64,000 nucleotides of DNA from Hydrolagus affinis (Eukaryota). The stretch spans positions 62,001 through 126,000 of the forward strand of contig JAAILG010000139.1 of NCBI GenBank assembly GCA_012026655.1. The letters run 5' to 3'. Made by a program: the position numbers and the translations under genes. Below are positions 1 through 11,887 of the stretch, piece by piece. Numbering within the stretch: position 1 is the stretch's first letter; every line of letters begins with the position of its first letter. The notes beneath the pieces were generated by a model. It searched no databases. It was not told the DNA's origin and saw only the letters and a program-made list of their open reading frames with translations.

Positions 1-120
1 CACTCCAGCATTGCATTGAAATGTCAGCCTGGACTATATGAGTTCCAAGTCCCAATGTTAGTCTTGAACTCACAATGTTCTGACTCAGAGGTGAGAGTGC
101 TACCAACTGAGCCAGATTGA
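1..120 (-). mobile_element. DeuSINE-like (SacSINE1/AmnSINE1-type) tRNA-derived SINE head, truncated by window edge
   Basis: Reverse strand reads TGGCTCAGTTGGTAGCACTCTCACCTCTGAGTCAGAACATTGTGAGTTCAAGAC (Pol III A and B box-like), followed by CCAGGCTGACA; similar heads at ~8000-8180 and ~43503-43640. Confidence 0.75.
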
Positions 121-1854
121 CACACAATTAACACAAATAACAATTAACGCAATTAATTCATCAGCAGTATTCACAGTACATATTCACAGTATTTACTCAG
201 ATAAAAGGTGCTTGACAAAGCTATTTATGATTAACTATTCATCTGTCAGAAGAGACATTATTGAAATATCTCGTTTCAGTTCCTTATATTTGGGATTTAA
301 GCAATCCTGTTAAAATTCATGTTTAGTTTGCCTACAAATACACTACATATCCCAGTAAACATGTTGTGAAGCGCTTTGCAATCTCTCGACTATTCCATAT
401 GGTGCTGTATCAAGCGCAAGAATTATTATTATTATTATTATTATGTATTGGCATCAAAAATAGGCATGAAAGCTGTTTTCTCACCCTGTGAAAGAAAATT
501 CTTGAAAGAGTTGCTGCCAACTTCATAATGGATGAATGGTTTGGAAAAGTAAAAGATTTTGAAAGTTAAAAGCAAACGTTAGAAGTCAGAGAATGAAGGA
601 AGAATTGAGCGGGGAACAAACAAAAAAGTTTTTTTTTTTTAAAAAATGCGTCCTGATGGGAATAGGCTCCAGGTTTGATCATAGAAATCTTTGACGACAC
701 AGGCAGCATTCTTTGGCGGAGTATTTTGTTCTTTATATGACGGTCAAATCACCGACTGGCCATAGCATCACTTGTCAAACATTGCCTCCATCCTGGGATG
801 AAGTAATTCTGCTGCAGGGACTACATATGTGACTGATCCACAGTTCAAAAAAAAGTGCAGCATCAGACATTGGATCATTTCATTTGTGACCGTGGCTCGT
901 GCAGTGGTTTCAAAACCATTGCAGTCACTCACCATTTCAGCACTCAAGCAACAAATGGAGCCCTCTTGGAATTCGCTTACTTTTCACACACAATGGGCCT
1001 GCTTGGAATGTGATTGATACCTCCAGCAAGAGGAAGAGACTGCCTATAAATCAGCAATGTGCTGATGCATTGAACGAAGATCATAGGGCTCTCCTGGTTG
1101 AAGGAAAGGCACTCCTCTGAGTTTACAGATTGCACATTTTGCGTTTCCCTCGGTAGATGGACTTCGAACAGTTCTGTGCAAAGCAATTCCTGTCTTCCGG
1201 TTGCTTTTCTAAGCGAGACATTGCAGGTAAACCACACAAAATACACAATCAATTTACATTGCAGTATATTCCTGTGAAGCGCTTTCAGACGTCTCGATAA
1301 TGTGATAAGGCACTATATCAAACACAAGGATTATTATTAATATTTACTCTATGTGTGTAGATGTAGATACATAAACCACTTAAATTAGTTTCCGCTTTGC
1401 ACTGAGATGATTTCCCTTGTTTATTTTGGTACCGCATTCATTATCTAGAAAGGCTGCAGAACAGGACAGAGGGGAACAGAACAATTACTATTTTGCCTGT
1501 TCACATAATTTCGAAACTCCCATCTCTCCTTGACATTTTCTGGATAGGGAAATGCATTGGGGCTACTCCTAAAGTTTAACCAACGAACCGGGTTTGAACA
1601 AATGACTTGTAGTGGGTGATTAACATTTAAAATCAATGCTTATTGGTGGCAGATGGTCCTTCATATGAATGACGGAAATTAGCATCTTGTATCGGGTTTC
1701 ATCTGACATCTCTGAAAAATGTTATTCAGTGTCAGTCTCAGAAAATGTGTACATCTAGGCAATTTGTTTATGCGTCGCAGCAAACAATTTGAAAAGCCAT
1801 GTGAAGGACGATTGCATTTCGGCTAATATTCCCTGGAGGATGATGATTTTAGTC

Positions 1855-2170
1855 GGCTGGCGAGTAACTCGGTAACCCGATTCAAAATAGTCGCGAAGAC
1901 AAACAGAGCAGAGGTGAGGAGGAGAAATGTTTTCACACAATGAGTTGTTTGGATCTGGAATGCATTGCCTGAAAGGGTGGTGGAAGCCAATTCGATCACA
2001 ACCTCTAAGACAGAAATAGATAATTATTTGGGGAGGACAAGTTGGCAGGGCTATGGGGAGAGAGGCAGGGAAGTGGGATTGATTTGGACAGCTCTTTTCA
2101 AAGATCTGGCACAGACACGAGGTTCCGAATGGCATCCTTTCTGAGCTCTACAATTCTATGATTCTACAAT
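1855..2170 (+). mobile_element. CR1 LINE 3' end fragment
   Basis: GAGAAATGTTTTCACACAATGAGTTGTTTGGATCTGGAATGCATTGCCTGAAAGGGTGGTGGA (end of ORF2, W-N-A-L-P motif), 3' UTR GAATGGCATCCTTTCTG and ATTCTATGATTCTA terminal repeat; similar to 11270-11540. Confidence 0.85.
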
Positions 2171-4499
2171 TCTACGGTATTTGATCATTACGTTGCACAA
2201 ATATTGGGTTGTTTGGAAAGTATTCCTTCAATGAAACAGAAACATTTCTCAGAAGGAATCGCAATTGAATTCTTCTTGTCAACATTTGTAATTGTTGCAG
2301 TGCTTTTCTCCTGTAGATTGCCACGCTAACTTCGCTTGTAGTTCAGCAGATATGAAGAGGATAAATCACATTTTGACATGTAATGCAACTTTGTTATGAT
2401 AGGGGTTTCCTTGCCTGATTCAGTTTGCAGCAAACAGACTGGTTGACAGTAATGCATTGATAAGAGCTATAAAAAGCTGCAGACTGTTACATTCTGGATC
2501 TGCTACAGATTTTCTATGAAGGTAAGTAATGACTGGAACAAGGTACAGGGAAGAGTGATATGAGGCCAGGACTTGTTTTAAAAAAGAGCTCTGTGCTGTG
2601 ATGGGGAGACAATAGGTGGGTGTTCTTGGAAGGATAGGATTCAATGATTTCTTTAGGGAAGTCTTCCTAACATGAAAGGCGCTATACAAGTGGAATTTTG
2701 TTGTTGTTATGGAATGGACCAAAGGGCTTTCTTCTTGATGCGAATACAATCTTGTGGAAGGTGTTTTTACAATGTATCCTCAACTGAATGAATGCAACCA
2801 GAAAATTAGAGTGTTGATGGCTTGAAGGTAAAACTGCCAGTATGTCCTGCTGCTATTGATTGATGCTATTGAGATTGCTATTGCGGAACGCACACACAAC
2901 ATTCAATCAGAATAGCTCACTCCTGGAATCTGTTTACTGATTTAGTTCTATCTGGCCTTCTGGAACATCAATTGTCACATCGGCGCATTATATTGACTGA
3001 GGACACTTACAGACACACAAAACACCGACAGAAACCTTTTTGTTCACAGAGTAAACAGAGCAATCACTCCGCGCTGACCTCTACAACTAATGAACTATTG
3101 CATGATAGCACACGATGTTCTACCGTACAGTGTTATATTCTCAGTACTTTTAAACACAACATGCTAGAATATCATATACGCTGTGGAATCGCTTTCAAAA
3201 AAGCCAGCCTAGCATCACAAAAGCGTGGGAGAAATAGGTTAAAGTGCTCGCTAAGCCATGTCCTGAGAGATAAGGTATGGATCTGATTTAAGATTATTAT
3301 TATTATGATGAAGTTTCACAAGCAGGAGACTGTGCAAGTAGTGTAGGCTATCGTTTAGGTTCAAAATACTTGAGTTTATAACTTCAGCTCTCTTTCGCAG
3401 ATGTATGTCACTGCATGAAATAATAAGAAAGCCATAGCGCCCAACCACAGTGAAATGATTCAAAACGTTTCTGCGGTGACTACTGTTTAGTAAAATTATT
3501 TGTAGGCTGGCATGGCGATGAAATTGCACAAAGCAAAGTCATACAAACAGCCTTGAAGTGAATGATCAATTTTAATGGAGGACTTTTGGGCCAGGTCCAG
3601 TTAGGAGAAACTTCTTTCTCTTTTTGAATCATAAATAAAAATGGACAATTATTGAGATGCAAAATTAAATTAATTAATCCTGCTGGATCAGATGCCGATG
3701 ATGTTGTACAAATTAATTTAAGAACCCATCATCTTAGATAGGTAATGAAAATCACTAAGGTGGCGCCCAACCAATGCATTTTAATACAAATGAGATTACT
3801 GCGTTGATAACGTTTTATCATTGCTTTGTTCCATTATTTTATTGTGATACTGTAGTATTCCAGATTAACTGTGCAAATTGAGGTCTAAACTGGGCACAGT
3901 CTAAACTGCTGGATTAGGCTACCAGTTTCTCTGTCAATCTTCTGATCCTATTTCCAGCACTGTGATTGACTGATAATTGCGTGTTCAGTATGTACCTTAT
4001 TCAGCATTAAAATCAGAATGTGAGCCGCGCTGCGTTGAGATGTAGAAAAGCCCATCAAGCTTTCAAGCCTGATGCCGGGTATTCAGAATTGATGGGAATT
4101 ATGCGGTTATCCTGCAGAGCCATCAAAATGTGTCAAGATTATGCAGTCAACGATGCTGTGATGAGAACATAGCATTTGAATTAATTCACCGACTGTTAAG
4201 AAGTGTATAAGAACAGGTGAATACGTTCAATCTAGTTGCTGTTGGGAACATCGATTCCCAACAAGCGGACTTGTAATTCTGCCTCACTTACACAATTGGC
4301 TGACATCATATTGTCTCCTTACATGGTTAACACAACCTGCAAATTAGAATATTTCTCATAGTTTCTCTGGGAGTAAATCAAAAGGAGATACTCATTGGTC
4401 ATTAATTACAGAATAATTAGATTATCTCTAATACTTGCTGTGCACATATTAGCACATTCCACAAATTGAACGCAAGAGTTGGATGTTACATCCTCTCGG

Positions 4500-4812
4500 G
4501 TACACAAAAGAGATACCGAGCGATGAACGCACTGCTTGAGAGGACGGCGGAAACAGGGACAATAACAATTTGCAAAAAGGCAATTGGATGGGTATTTGCG
4601 GAGGAAAAGTTTTGCAAGGATATGGGTGGGGTAAGAGTGGGACTGATTAGATGGCTCTTCCAAAGAGCTGACACTGGCACGATGGGCCGAATGGCCTCCT
4701 TCTGTGCTGTAATATTCTATGATTCTATTGTTTTCAAAGAGCCCGCACAGACATGATGTAGAGAATGGCCTTCTTCTGTGCTGTATAATTCTATGAATCT
4801 ATGATTCTATTG
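4500..4812 (+). mobile_element. Two tandem CR1 3' ends
   Basis: CAAAGAGC..GATGGGCCGAATGGCCTCCTTCTGTGCTGTA..TTCTATGATTCTA occurs twice (~4655-4730 and ~4731-4812). Confidence 0.85.
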
Positions 4813-5134
4813 TATGATGACAGTGTAGCATCGCTATAACAACTATAAGCGCTAGATTCTGTGACAAGGACAAAATGATTACTATGGGAGTGAACAAAAG
4901 ACAGAGGAAGAGCAGTAAGAGTTGTCAGGTTAAATATTATTTATCACGCCTGTATTTTTGCTATTTTAAGAATCCAGCATGTATTAACAATAATACAGAA
5001 TAAGATCTGGAAGAATTACTGTACATCCTCATAGATGAGTATCAAACATTTGCCACAATGAATTGATATCTGCCACCTAAACAGAGATGACCACGGTATG
5101 ATATCTGAGATATTCATGATGTATCCACATTATA

Positions 5135-5376
5135 TAGCTCAAACTCCATCCCGCAGTTCCTCCGCCTCGCCCCCTCCCTGGCCTCCTTTAAGTCCTACCT
5201 CAAGACCTTTCTCCTCGACAGTCCCATCAGTCACCCCAGATCCTCACCTTTCTCTCCAATATCCCCCTCCTGGACTCAGGCTCGGGTCTGAAACAATGAC
5301 TGTCCAGCACCTTGTGACATCGTCCTTACGTGAAATGCACTATACAAGTGTAATTTTGTCATTATTGTTGTTGTTT
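5135..5376 (+). mobile_element. L2 LINE 3' end
   Basis: C-rich end of ORF2 (TCCTTTAAGTCCTACCTCAAGACCTTTCTC) then GTGAAATGCACTATACAAGTGTAATTTTG..(TTG)n tail; explains ORF 5098-5433. Confidence 0.8.
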
Positions 5377-6239
5377 GTGGGCATTTCCCCCAACAAAACA
5401 TACAATCCATTCACTTTACAGGACAACCCGTGACATCTTCAAGACATCCCCAAGCGCTTCACAGAATCTACTGTCTCAAAGAGATAATAAGACGCTGTAT
5501 CAAATGCAAGGATTCTTATTAGCGTATACGCTTCTGTGCAATTGAGACTGGCCTGGTGTGATTTTGGCTGTGATAGTGGGAGACCAGGTGGAGATGCGGA
5601 GATAGAATGTGTTACTTGGTTACCTTTGGAGATTCGTCCAGAACTAACCAGCAGGAAATTGAGTGGGTGGGTATTTTTGCACGATCTGTTGCAACAGCAG
5701 ATGCGATGGGCGCAATGCCCACTTTCTGGCTCTACATTCCCCCCCCACCCCCCTCCCCACCCCGTGTAACTTACTATCACAGCAGAACCAAAAAAAAACT
5801 TAGGTTTAATTTGCCAGTGGCGGTAGCACTAAGGTTGACATTGCGCTCAGTTTATGATGTGGAACCAAGAAAATATCAATAATATTAATCATTATATTGC
5901 AGAGCAGAGGAAAAGGAAAAGTTGCATGTGAATTAAATGATGAAGTTTATTGCAATTCCCTGTAATCAAGTGGTCATTGTTATTGCATCGTGGGGCAAAA
6001 GGTGCTGGTGGGGGTGGGGAGTGGGGGGATGGTTGCAGAAATCACGGTTAGTAAAAGGCTATTTGCTTGGGTTTTATTTATTGATGTGGTTTTGTGTGGG
6101 AGGATGAGTTTCAATAATGCCTTAATATGATATTGATTGAGCTGATATTCTGCCTTAAATTGGACCATAACCCCGGTTTATTTTTGGCCTTTGGGGGAAA
6201 TAAAAATGCTAGTGGCAGTAATGAAATTACAATCACGAG

Positions 6240-6629
6240 ATGATGATAATAATAATAGTTGCATTGGACATAGTGCAATGTCTTCGAGACACCTCAAAGT
6301 GCTTAACAAAATCTACTGTACAGTGAATTGACCATATATTTTGTGGGTGAAACGCGGCAGCCAATTGCACACAGCAGTATCCCACAGACAGTGATTTGTG
6401 GACTGAGCTAAGAAAAAAAATTATTTTGAAGGAATTATTAACCACCGGAAAAACGATCCGCCAATCGATGAACAATCGGGTTCCTACTTAGGTCCAAATT
6501 CCCACTTAAATAGCAGGTAAACAGAGATGCGTGGAGCAAGGGAACTTGCCCAACGTTTCTCCCTGCCAAGAATCAAACTCAGGTCCTCCCGCTTGCAAGA
6601 TGAGAGCTCTAACCACTGGCCCACAGGAG
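6240..6629 (-). mobile_element. Full-length tRNA-headed SINE, long form
   Basis: Head CTCCTGTGGGCCAGTGGTTAGAGCTCTCATCTTGCAAG, central CTCTGTTTACC..AAGTAGGAACC block, shared 3' body and ATT tail. Confidence 0.9.
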
Positions 6630-7417
6630 GTAGTTGATCCGAGTTGGAAAATCAGATTGGATACGACAATTGGACACAGTGAGCCCCAGGCTTGGTAAGT
6701 GGGCGGGAGAGCATTGGAAGAATAATGCAATGATTCTAAATCAAACTTGCTGTTCCTTTTTGTTTTGTTAGTTGGTTACAGTTTTAGAATTGGGCTCTTC
6801 AGCCACACAGTTGATGGATGCACTCAAAATTGTTCAGGCAATTTCAAACCAGTTTACGTTGTAAAGCTCTTACGACCCGCACACTTTTGCTGTAAAACGT
6901 AGCTGATTCCAGGTACCACACAGAAATGTTCTCTGTTTTGTGGACATTCTGACCTTTGCTTGCCAAATTAGGCAGTCCGTCACAGAGGTTAATATCACAC
7001 ATCTGTTCCTTGGTGCCATTTAGCACAGCGACACAGCATGTGCATTTGCTTCAGATGAGGTGATTGCAGAAATTGGACACAATGTACACAATGGTTACAC
7101 GCATATGAGTTTAGGACAGCGATGTAATGGAAGAACGAGATGACATTGGCACACGGCATTGTTGGTGTCAGTAATTGCTTGTTTTTCTAACAGGTGAAAA
7201 GCAAATGGTTTGTCATTATAAATATGACACACAGTGGAGTTTAGGACATGATGTTCAAACGCTATTGACATTTACCAAAAAGTAGACAGGTAATGAACGT
7301 AGAAAAAAAGCAACGCAGCATCATTTGTATCTGTGTTCTAAGCACTTAAAATGTTGTTTCCTTCACTGCAATTCAGCAGAACTTTACCCAATTGCACACC
7401 AAATAAGGATTGTTCTA

Positions 7418-8180
7418 ATAATCTTTGAATTCGATTGACACAGTGCCTTATCAAATGGTTGAACTGTTTCAAAGCACTCACAAGATTTTTTTTATGGGGG
7501 TGCGGGGGTGTTGGTGAACACAACAGCCGATTTACACATATAAATTGCTCATTATGAAGTGAATCAGAGATTTGTTGGACAGGAAACTGGGAGAAATTCC
7601 CTTCTCTTTTCGAGACTTCCCACGAGCCATCCAATTGGAGCCCCTGTAGCTCAGTGGTTAGAGCACTCGCCTTACAAGAGTGAGGCGAGTGCTCACTCTT
7701 GAGTGAGACCTGTGTTCAAATCCAGGCAGGTCAGGGTGAAACCCTGGGCAAGTTTCCTTACTCCACACACCTAATAATAATCCGTCCAAAAGAAACAACA
7801 CAATAATAAAATTGGTCATTTCAAAAAACGACTGTTTGTGGGACATTGCTGTGCGTAATTGGCTGCCGCGTTTCACTCACAAATATACAATCAATTCACT
7901 TTACAGTGTATTCTGTGAACTGCTTTGAGACGTCGATAAGATGTGAAAAGCGCTATATCAAATGCAAGGATCATTATTATTATTAGTATTATTATTATTG
8001 AACAACCAGACGAGAGCCTGGTTTAATGTCTCACCTAAAGGATGACACTTCCAGCAAAGCAGTGCTCCCCCAGCACTGCATTGGAACGTCAACCTGGAAG
8101 TGCAAAGTCCCAATGTTGGGATTGAACCCACAGCTTTCTGACTCAAAGGCGAGAACATTATTAATCGAGCCAGGCTGAGA
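7418..8180 (-). mobile_element. DeuSINE-like element split by a younger SINE insertion
   Basis: 3' half at ~7418-7636 (GTTGGACAGGAAACTGGGAGAAATTCCC) and 5' half at ~8000-8180 (GGTTTAATGTCTCACCTAAAGGATGACAC..TCTGACTCAAAGGCGAGA..GAGCCAGGCTGA). Confidence 0.7.
7637..7999 (+). mobile_element. Full-length tRNA-headed SINE, short form
   Basis: GGAGCCCCTGTAGCTCAGTGGTTAGAGCAC (A box), GTTCAAATCC (B box), shared body, AAATGCAAGGATC(ATT)n tail. Confidence 0.95.
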
Positions 8181-9529
8181 ATGGAAGTAAGTACTTGGGA
8201 GGTTGGTTAATTATTTAGCAAATGGCCCTTCAATAGCTCTGGAGGTAATGGTACTGAAAAAGTAATGTATAATTAAAACACATTGAAACTAGGCTTAGGA
8301 ACTTTTATGAGAGGTTTCCCAAGAAACAACAATTATTCCTTGTTGTTTGATGGCAATATCATTACATCCATTGCTTTCTTTTTATATTGCATGAAATCAT
8401 AGATATAAATTGTTTCTAAATGTATGTTTGAATCTTGTATCCAAAAATCTAATATTTCAAAGTCAATGGTAATCCCCAGTGCCCACATCCTTATTTCTCT
8501 GTTGTTTAATAGAAAATATATATTATTGATTGGAGTATCAATCCAACTTCTTGCAGAATTCATAAAATGCTTCAGGCGTCCGTTGTTATGCTTTAGCGCG
8601 CTAATTTCAGAAGCGCGATGGAAATCAAACCTTGGTGAAATATTAAAAGCAGGTTGGAAGCATACATTTAAAAATACCAGAGATTTACATTTAGTTTGAA
8701 GCCCTTGGGGAAACGTGTCGGAACTGGCAAGGCTGCCTGCTTTTCTGCACCAATAGAGGGATAAATTGTTTGGCTAAATAATAAATTTACATTAAATAAA
8801 TAACATTAATAATTAAAAATAATAAATTGGTCACTCAACCCACAACTGTTTATGGGGCACTGTTGTGCGCAATCGGTTGCTGTCTTTCGCCCACAAAATA
8901 TAGTCAATTCACTTTACGTGAATTGATTCTGTGAAGCGCTTTGAAACATCTTAAAGACCTGATTAGGTGCTACATTAAATGTAAGGATTATTATTATTAT
9001 AAATAAGAAGGGCAGAGCGTAGTATGGAGTATAAAGTCCGCCAAAAATGCTTTAAAGGAACCTTTCATTGACTTGTGACTTGTGAATTGAATTGTGCTAT
9101 GATATCCACTTCAGCCACTAGGTGGTGGAAAAATGCCTGAAGGCTGTTTGTTCCAAGATAAGTTTGTGTCACCTGCAGTGCTTGCTATTCAAATTATGTA
9201 CGTTGTGACCTTGTGCCAGTTCTTGTGCTAATTGTGCAAATGATTTGCTGTAAGGATTTGTATTTGTAAGCAAATAGAGGATCTCGGGCAAATTAATCAT
9301 CTCTCTGTTCCTCGGGTAAAATGTCTCTCCTATTAATAGCTGATTCGGCATTGTAAGTGAGTTGTCACTGTTACTGGTTTGTAAGTTCTGGATATTGTCT
9401 GCAAGTGGAGAATAGTTATTGATTAGATACAGTCACCATTTGTTAATTCGTTAAATCAAACAGTGTTGTATAAATAACAAAGACTTGTCATCTGTCGAAG
9501 GCAACAGATTGATGCATCCGGGCATTGTC

Positions 9530-9785
9530 TTGAGTTGCTGTCCTTTGGATGAAATATTAAACCTGTTCAGGCTGACATTAAGGATCCTGGGACACTATTC
9601 GACAAGGGATAGCGTTATAGAGATAGTTCTGGCAAATTGGTCATTCACCTCATGGCTGCTTGTGGAACATTGCTGTGCGCAAATTGGCTGCTAGGTTCGC
9701 CTGCACATACAGTCAAGAGCGAATATTTATGAAACTCTGAGACTTTAACGTTATAGGAGCTATATCAAATGCAAGGATTGTTTAA
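9530..9785 (+). mobile_element. DeuSINE-like fragment
   Basis: GTCCTTTGGATGAAATATTAAACC..GACATTAAGGATCCTGGGACACTATTCG..TGCTGTGCGCAAATTGGCTGC..ATCAAATGCAAGG. Confidence 0.7.
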
Positions 9786-9944
9786 TATTTTATGAGTGTG
9801 CAAAATGTCATTAGTCATGAATGATTCAGATACATATTAGTTATCCTGTCTATTTCATTGGGAGAGGTACGCAGTCATGCAATGTTAATGGTATGATTTG
9901 ATATTTAATGAAAGTGTTTTTTTTAAAGTTAATTTTCTTTCCGT

Positions 9945-10250
9945 ATTCTCTCTTCATTGGTCCTCTCTGAAAGCACTGATCCATGGCTCATTAGGTGCAC
10001 ACAGCCCTCTGCTAGCTGCACAATTGGCCCCTTCTCGTGTGTGAGCCGAGAGAGTGAGCGTCAAAACGTCAATCACAGCCCGGCCTGATCCTGAGCACAA
10101 ATTGGCCGTTGCATTCTCTACAAAATACAGTCATTACACTTTATTGTATATCCTGCGAAATGCTTTGAAACTGTCTTCCTGACTTGGAAGGTGCTATATC
10201 AAATGTAAGGATTATTATTTATTATCAACCTGGTTGATTTCCTCTGCACT
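9945..10250 (-). mobile_element. Probable UCON3-like ancient SINE relic, interrupted by a SINE tail
   Basis: TTCTCGTGTGTGAGCCGAGAGAGTGAGCGT, ATCACAGCCCGGCCTGATCCTG and AACCTGGTTGATTTCCTCT occur in the order I recall for the reverse complement of UCON3; recognised from memory only. Confidence 0.45.
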
Positions 10251-10554
10251 ACATCTCAAGCTTGAGCAACCCCCTTATTGTCCAGAATTGTAAGCATTTG
10301 GGGGCATTTGAAGCTCACCGTCTCTGCTGACAGCGCAGGAAATCCTGTGGAAAGCATTGTGCCTTCAGCCTTCATCTCCGACTCTTTAGGTGCACATTAA
10401 TTGAGTGAGATGGGAGTTCCTCCTGGTGTGTCCTGGACAGAGGAATTGGTGTTTTTGCTATTTTGCATAAATTAATGGGAATTAAAATTAGCAGAACCTA
10501 GCAAGCAAACAAAGTGAAAGTTGTCTTTATTTTTATGTAATTTATGCGTTTAAA

Positions 10555-11540
10555 TAAGAGGAAGTGTACAGTGGCTTCCCTCAGGGATCGGTATTGGGAC
10601 CACCGCTCTTTTTAATTGATATAAATGATCTGGATTGGGTATAAGGAGCACCATTTCCAAGTTTGCAGATGACACAAAGTTAGGAAAAGTAGTCAACAGT
10701 GAGGCTGATAGTAGCCGACTGCAAGAAGACATAGACAGAATGGTAAAATGGGCAGACGGCAGATTAAGTTTAATGTGCAGAAATGCAAAGTGATGTGTTT
10801 CGGGAGGAAGAATGAGGAGAGACAATATAGGCTAGATAGTGCAATCTTTAGGGGTGTAAAGGAACAGAGATACCTGGGGATTCATGTAAGTTAATCTTTG
10901 GTAGATAAGGCTGTTAAAAAAAAAGCATACAGGATACTAGGCTTTATAAATTGGGGCATAGAGTACAAAAGTCAGCAAGTTATGATTAACCTGTATAAAA
11001 TGCTGGTTAGAGTACTGTGTTCAATTCTGGACACTTTGCTTTAGGAAGGATGTTAAGGCATTGGAAAGGGTGCAGAGGAAATTGACCAGGATGGTAGCAG
11101 GAATGAGGGACTTCAGTTGTGAGGAAAGGCTGGAGAGAAGGTTAAGAAGAGACCTAATAGAAGTTTTCAAAATCATGAGGGGATTCGATGGGGGTAAACA
11201 GGGAAAAACCGTTTCACTGGTGGGTGTGTCAGTGATTTGAGGTCACAGATTTAAAATAGCTTATTAAAGAAGCAGAGAGGAGGTGAGGAGAAATGTTTTC
11301 ATGCAGCGAGTTGTTCGAATCTGGAATGCATTGCCTGAAAGGTTGGTAGAGGCCGATTCGATAACAACTTCTAAGAAGAGAGATGGATGGTTATTTGGGG
11401 AGGACGGGTTTGCGGGTTTATGGAGTGGGAGCCGGGGAGTGGGATTGACTTTGAATCGTTCTTTTCAATGAGCTGGCACAGACACGATGGACCAAATGGC
11501 CTCCTTTTGTGCTGAAAAATTCTATGGTTCTATGATTCTA
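10555..11540 (+). mobile_element. CR1 LINE, 5'-truncated ~1 kb copy with frameshifted reverse transcriptase
   Basis: Translates in pieces as SGFPQGSVLGP, ISKFADDTKLG, EYCVQFW and RNVFMQRVVRIWNALPERLVEA; ends GATGGACCAAATGGCCTCC..TTCTATGGTTCTATGATTCTA. Confidence 0.95.
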
Positions 11541-11544
11541 CAAT

Positions 11545-11887
11545 GGAGCTCCTGTGGCTTAGTGGTTAGAGCACTTGTCTTGCAAGCTGAGGAGACCAAG
11601 CTGGGGAGACCTGTGTTCGAATCCAGGCAGGTCAGGGCAAAACCTTGGGCAGGTTTCCTTACTCCACACACACACCTAATAATAATCCAGCCAAAAAAAC
11701 CACAATAATGAAATTGGTCATTTCAATCCAAGACTGTTTATGGGGGACACTGCTGTGTGCAATTTGCTGCCGCGATTTGCCCACAAATATACAGTCAATT
11801 CACTTTACAGTATATTCCGTGAAGCGCTTTGGGACGTCGGTAAGATGTGAAAAGCGTTATGTCAAATGCAAGGATTATTAATATTAT
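11545..11887 (+). mobile_element. Full-length tRNA-headed SINE, short form, with 14-bp tandem duplication in the head
   Basis: GGAGCTCCTGTGGCTTAGTGGTTAGAGCAC; CAAGCTGAGGAGAC CAAGCTGGGGAGAC; GTTCGAATCC; tail. Confidence 0.95.

Noticed and set aside
2424-2527. Plus-strand exon candidate ending in AAG|GTAAGT (similar cases near 7193-7289 and 30840-31039)
   Set aside because: Stops in all frames and no partner exons; consistent with chance splice motifs
5300-5325. RE1/REST-like CAGCACC in an L2 tail
   Set aside because: Second half-site GGACAG is absent at the canonical spacing
7637-7725. tRNA gene calls for SINE heads (also 11545, 15018, 21248, 31138, 57405, 58802)
   Set aside because: A and B boxes are present, but the acceptor stem does not close and each head runs into the SINE body
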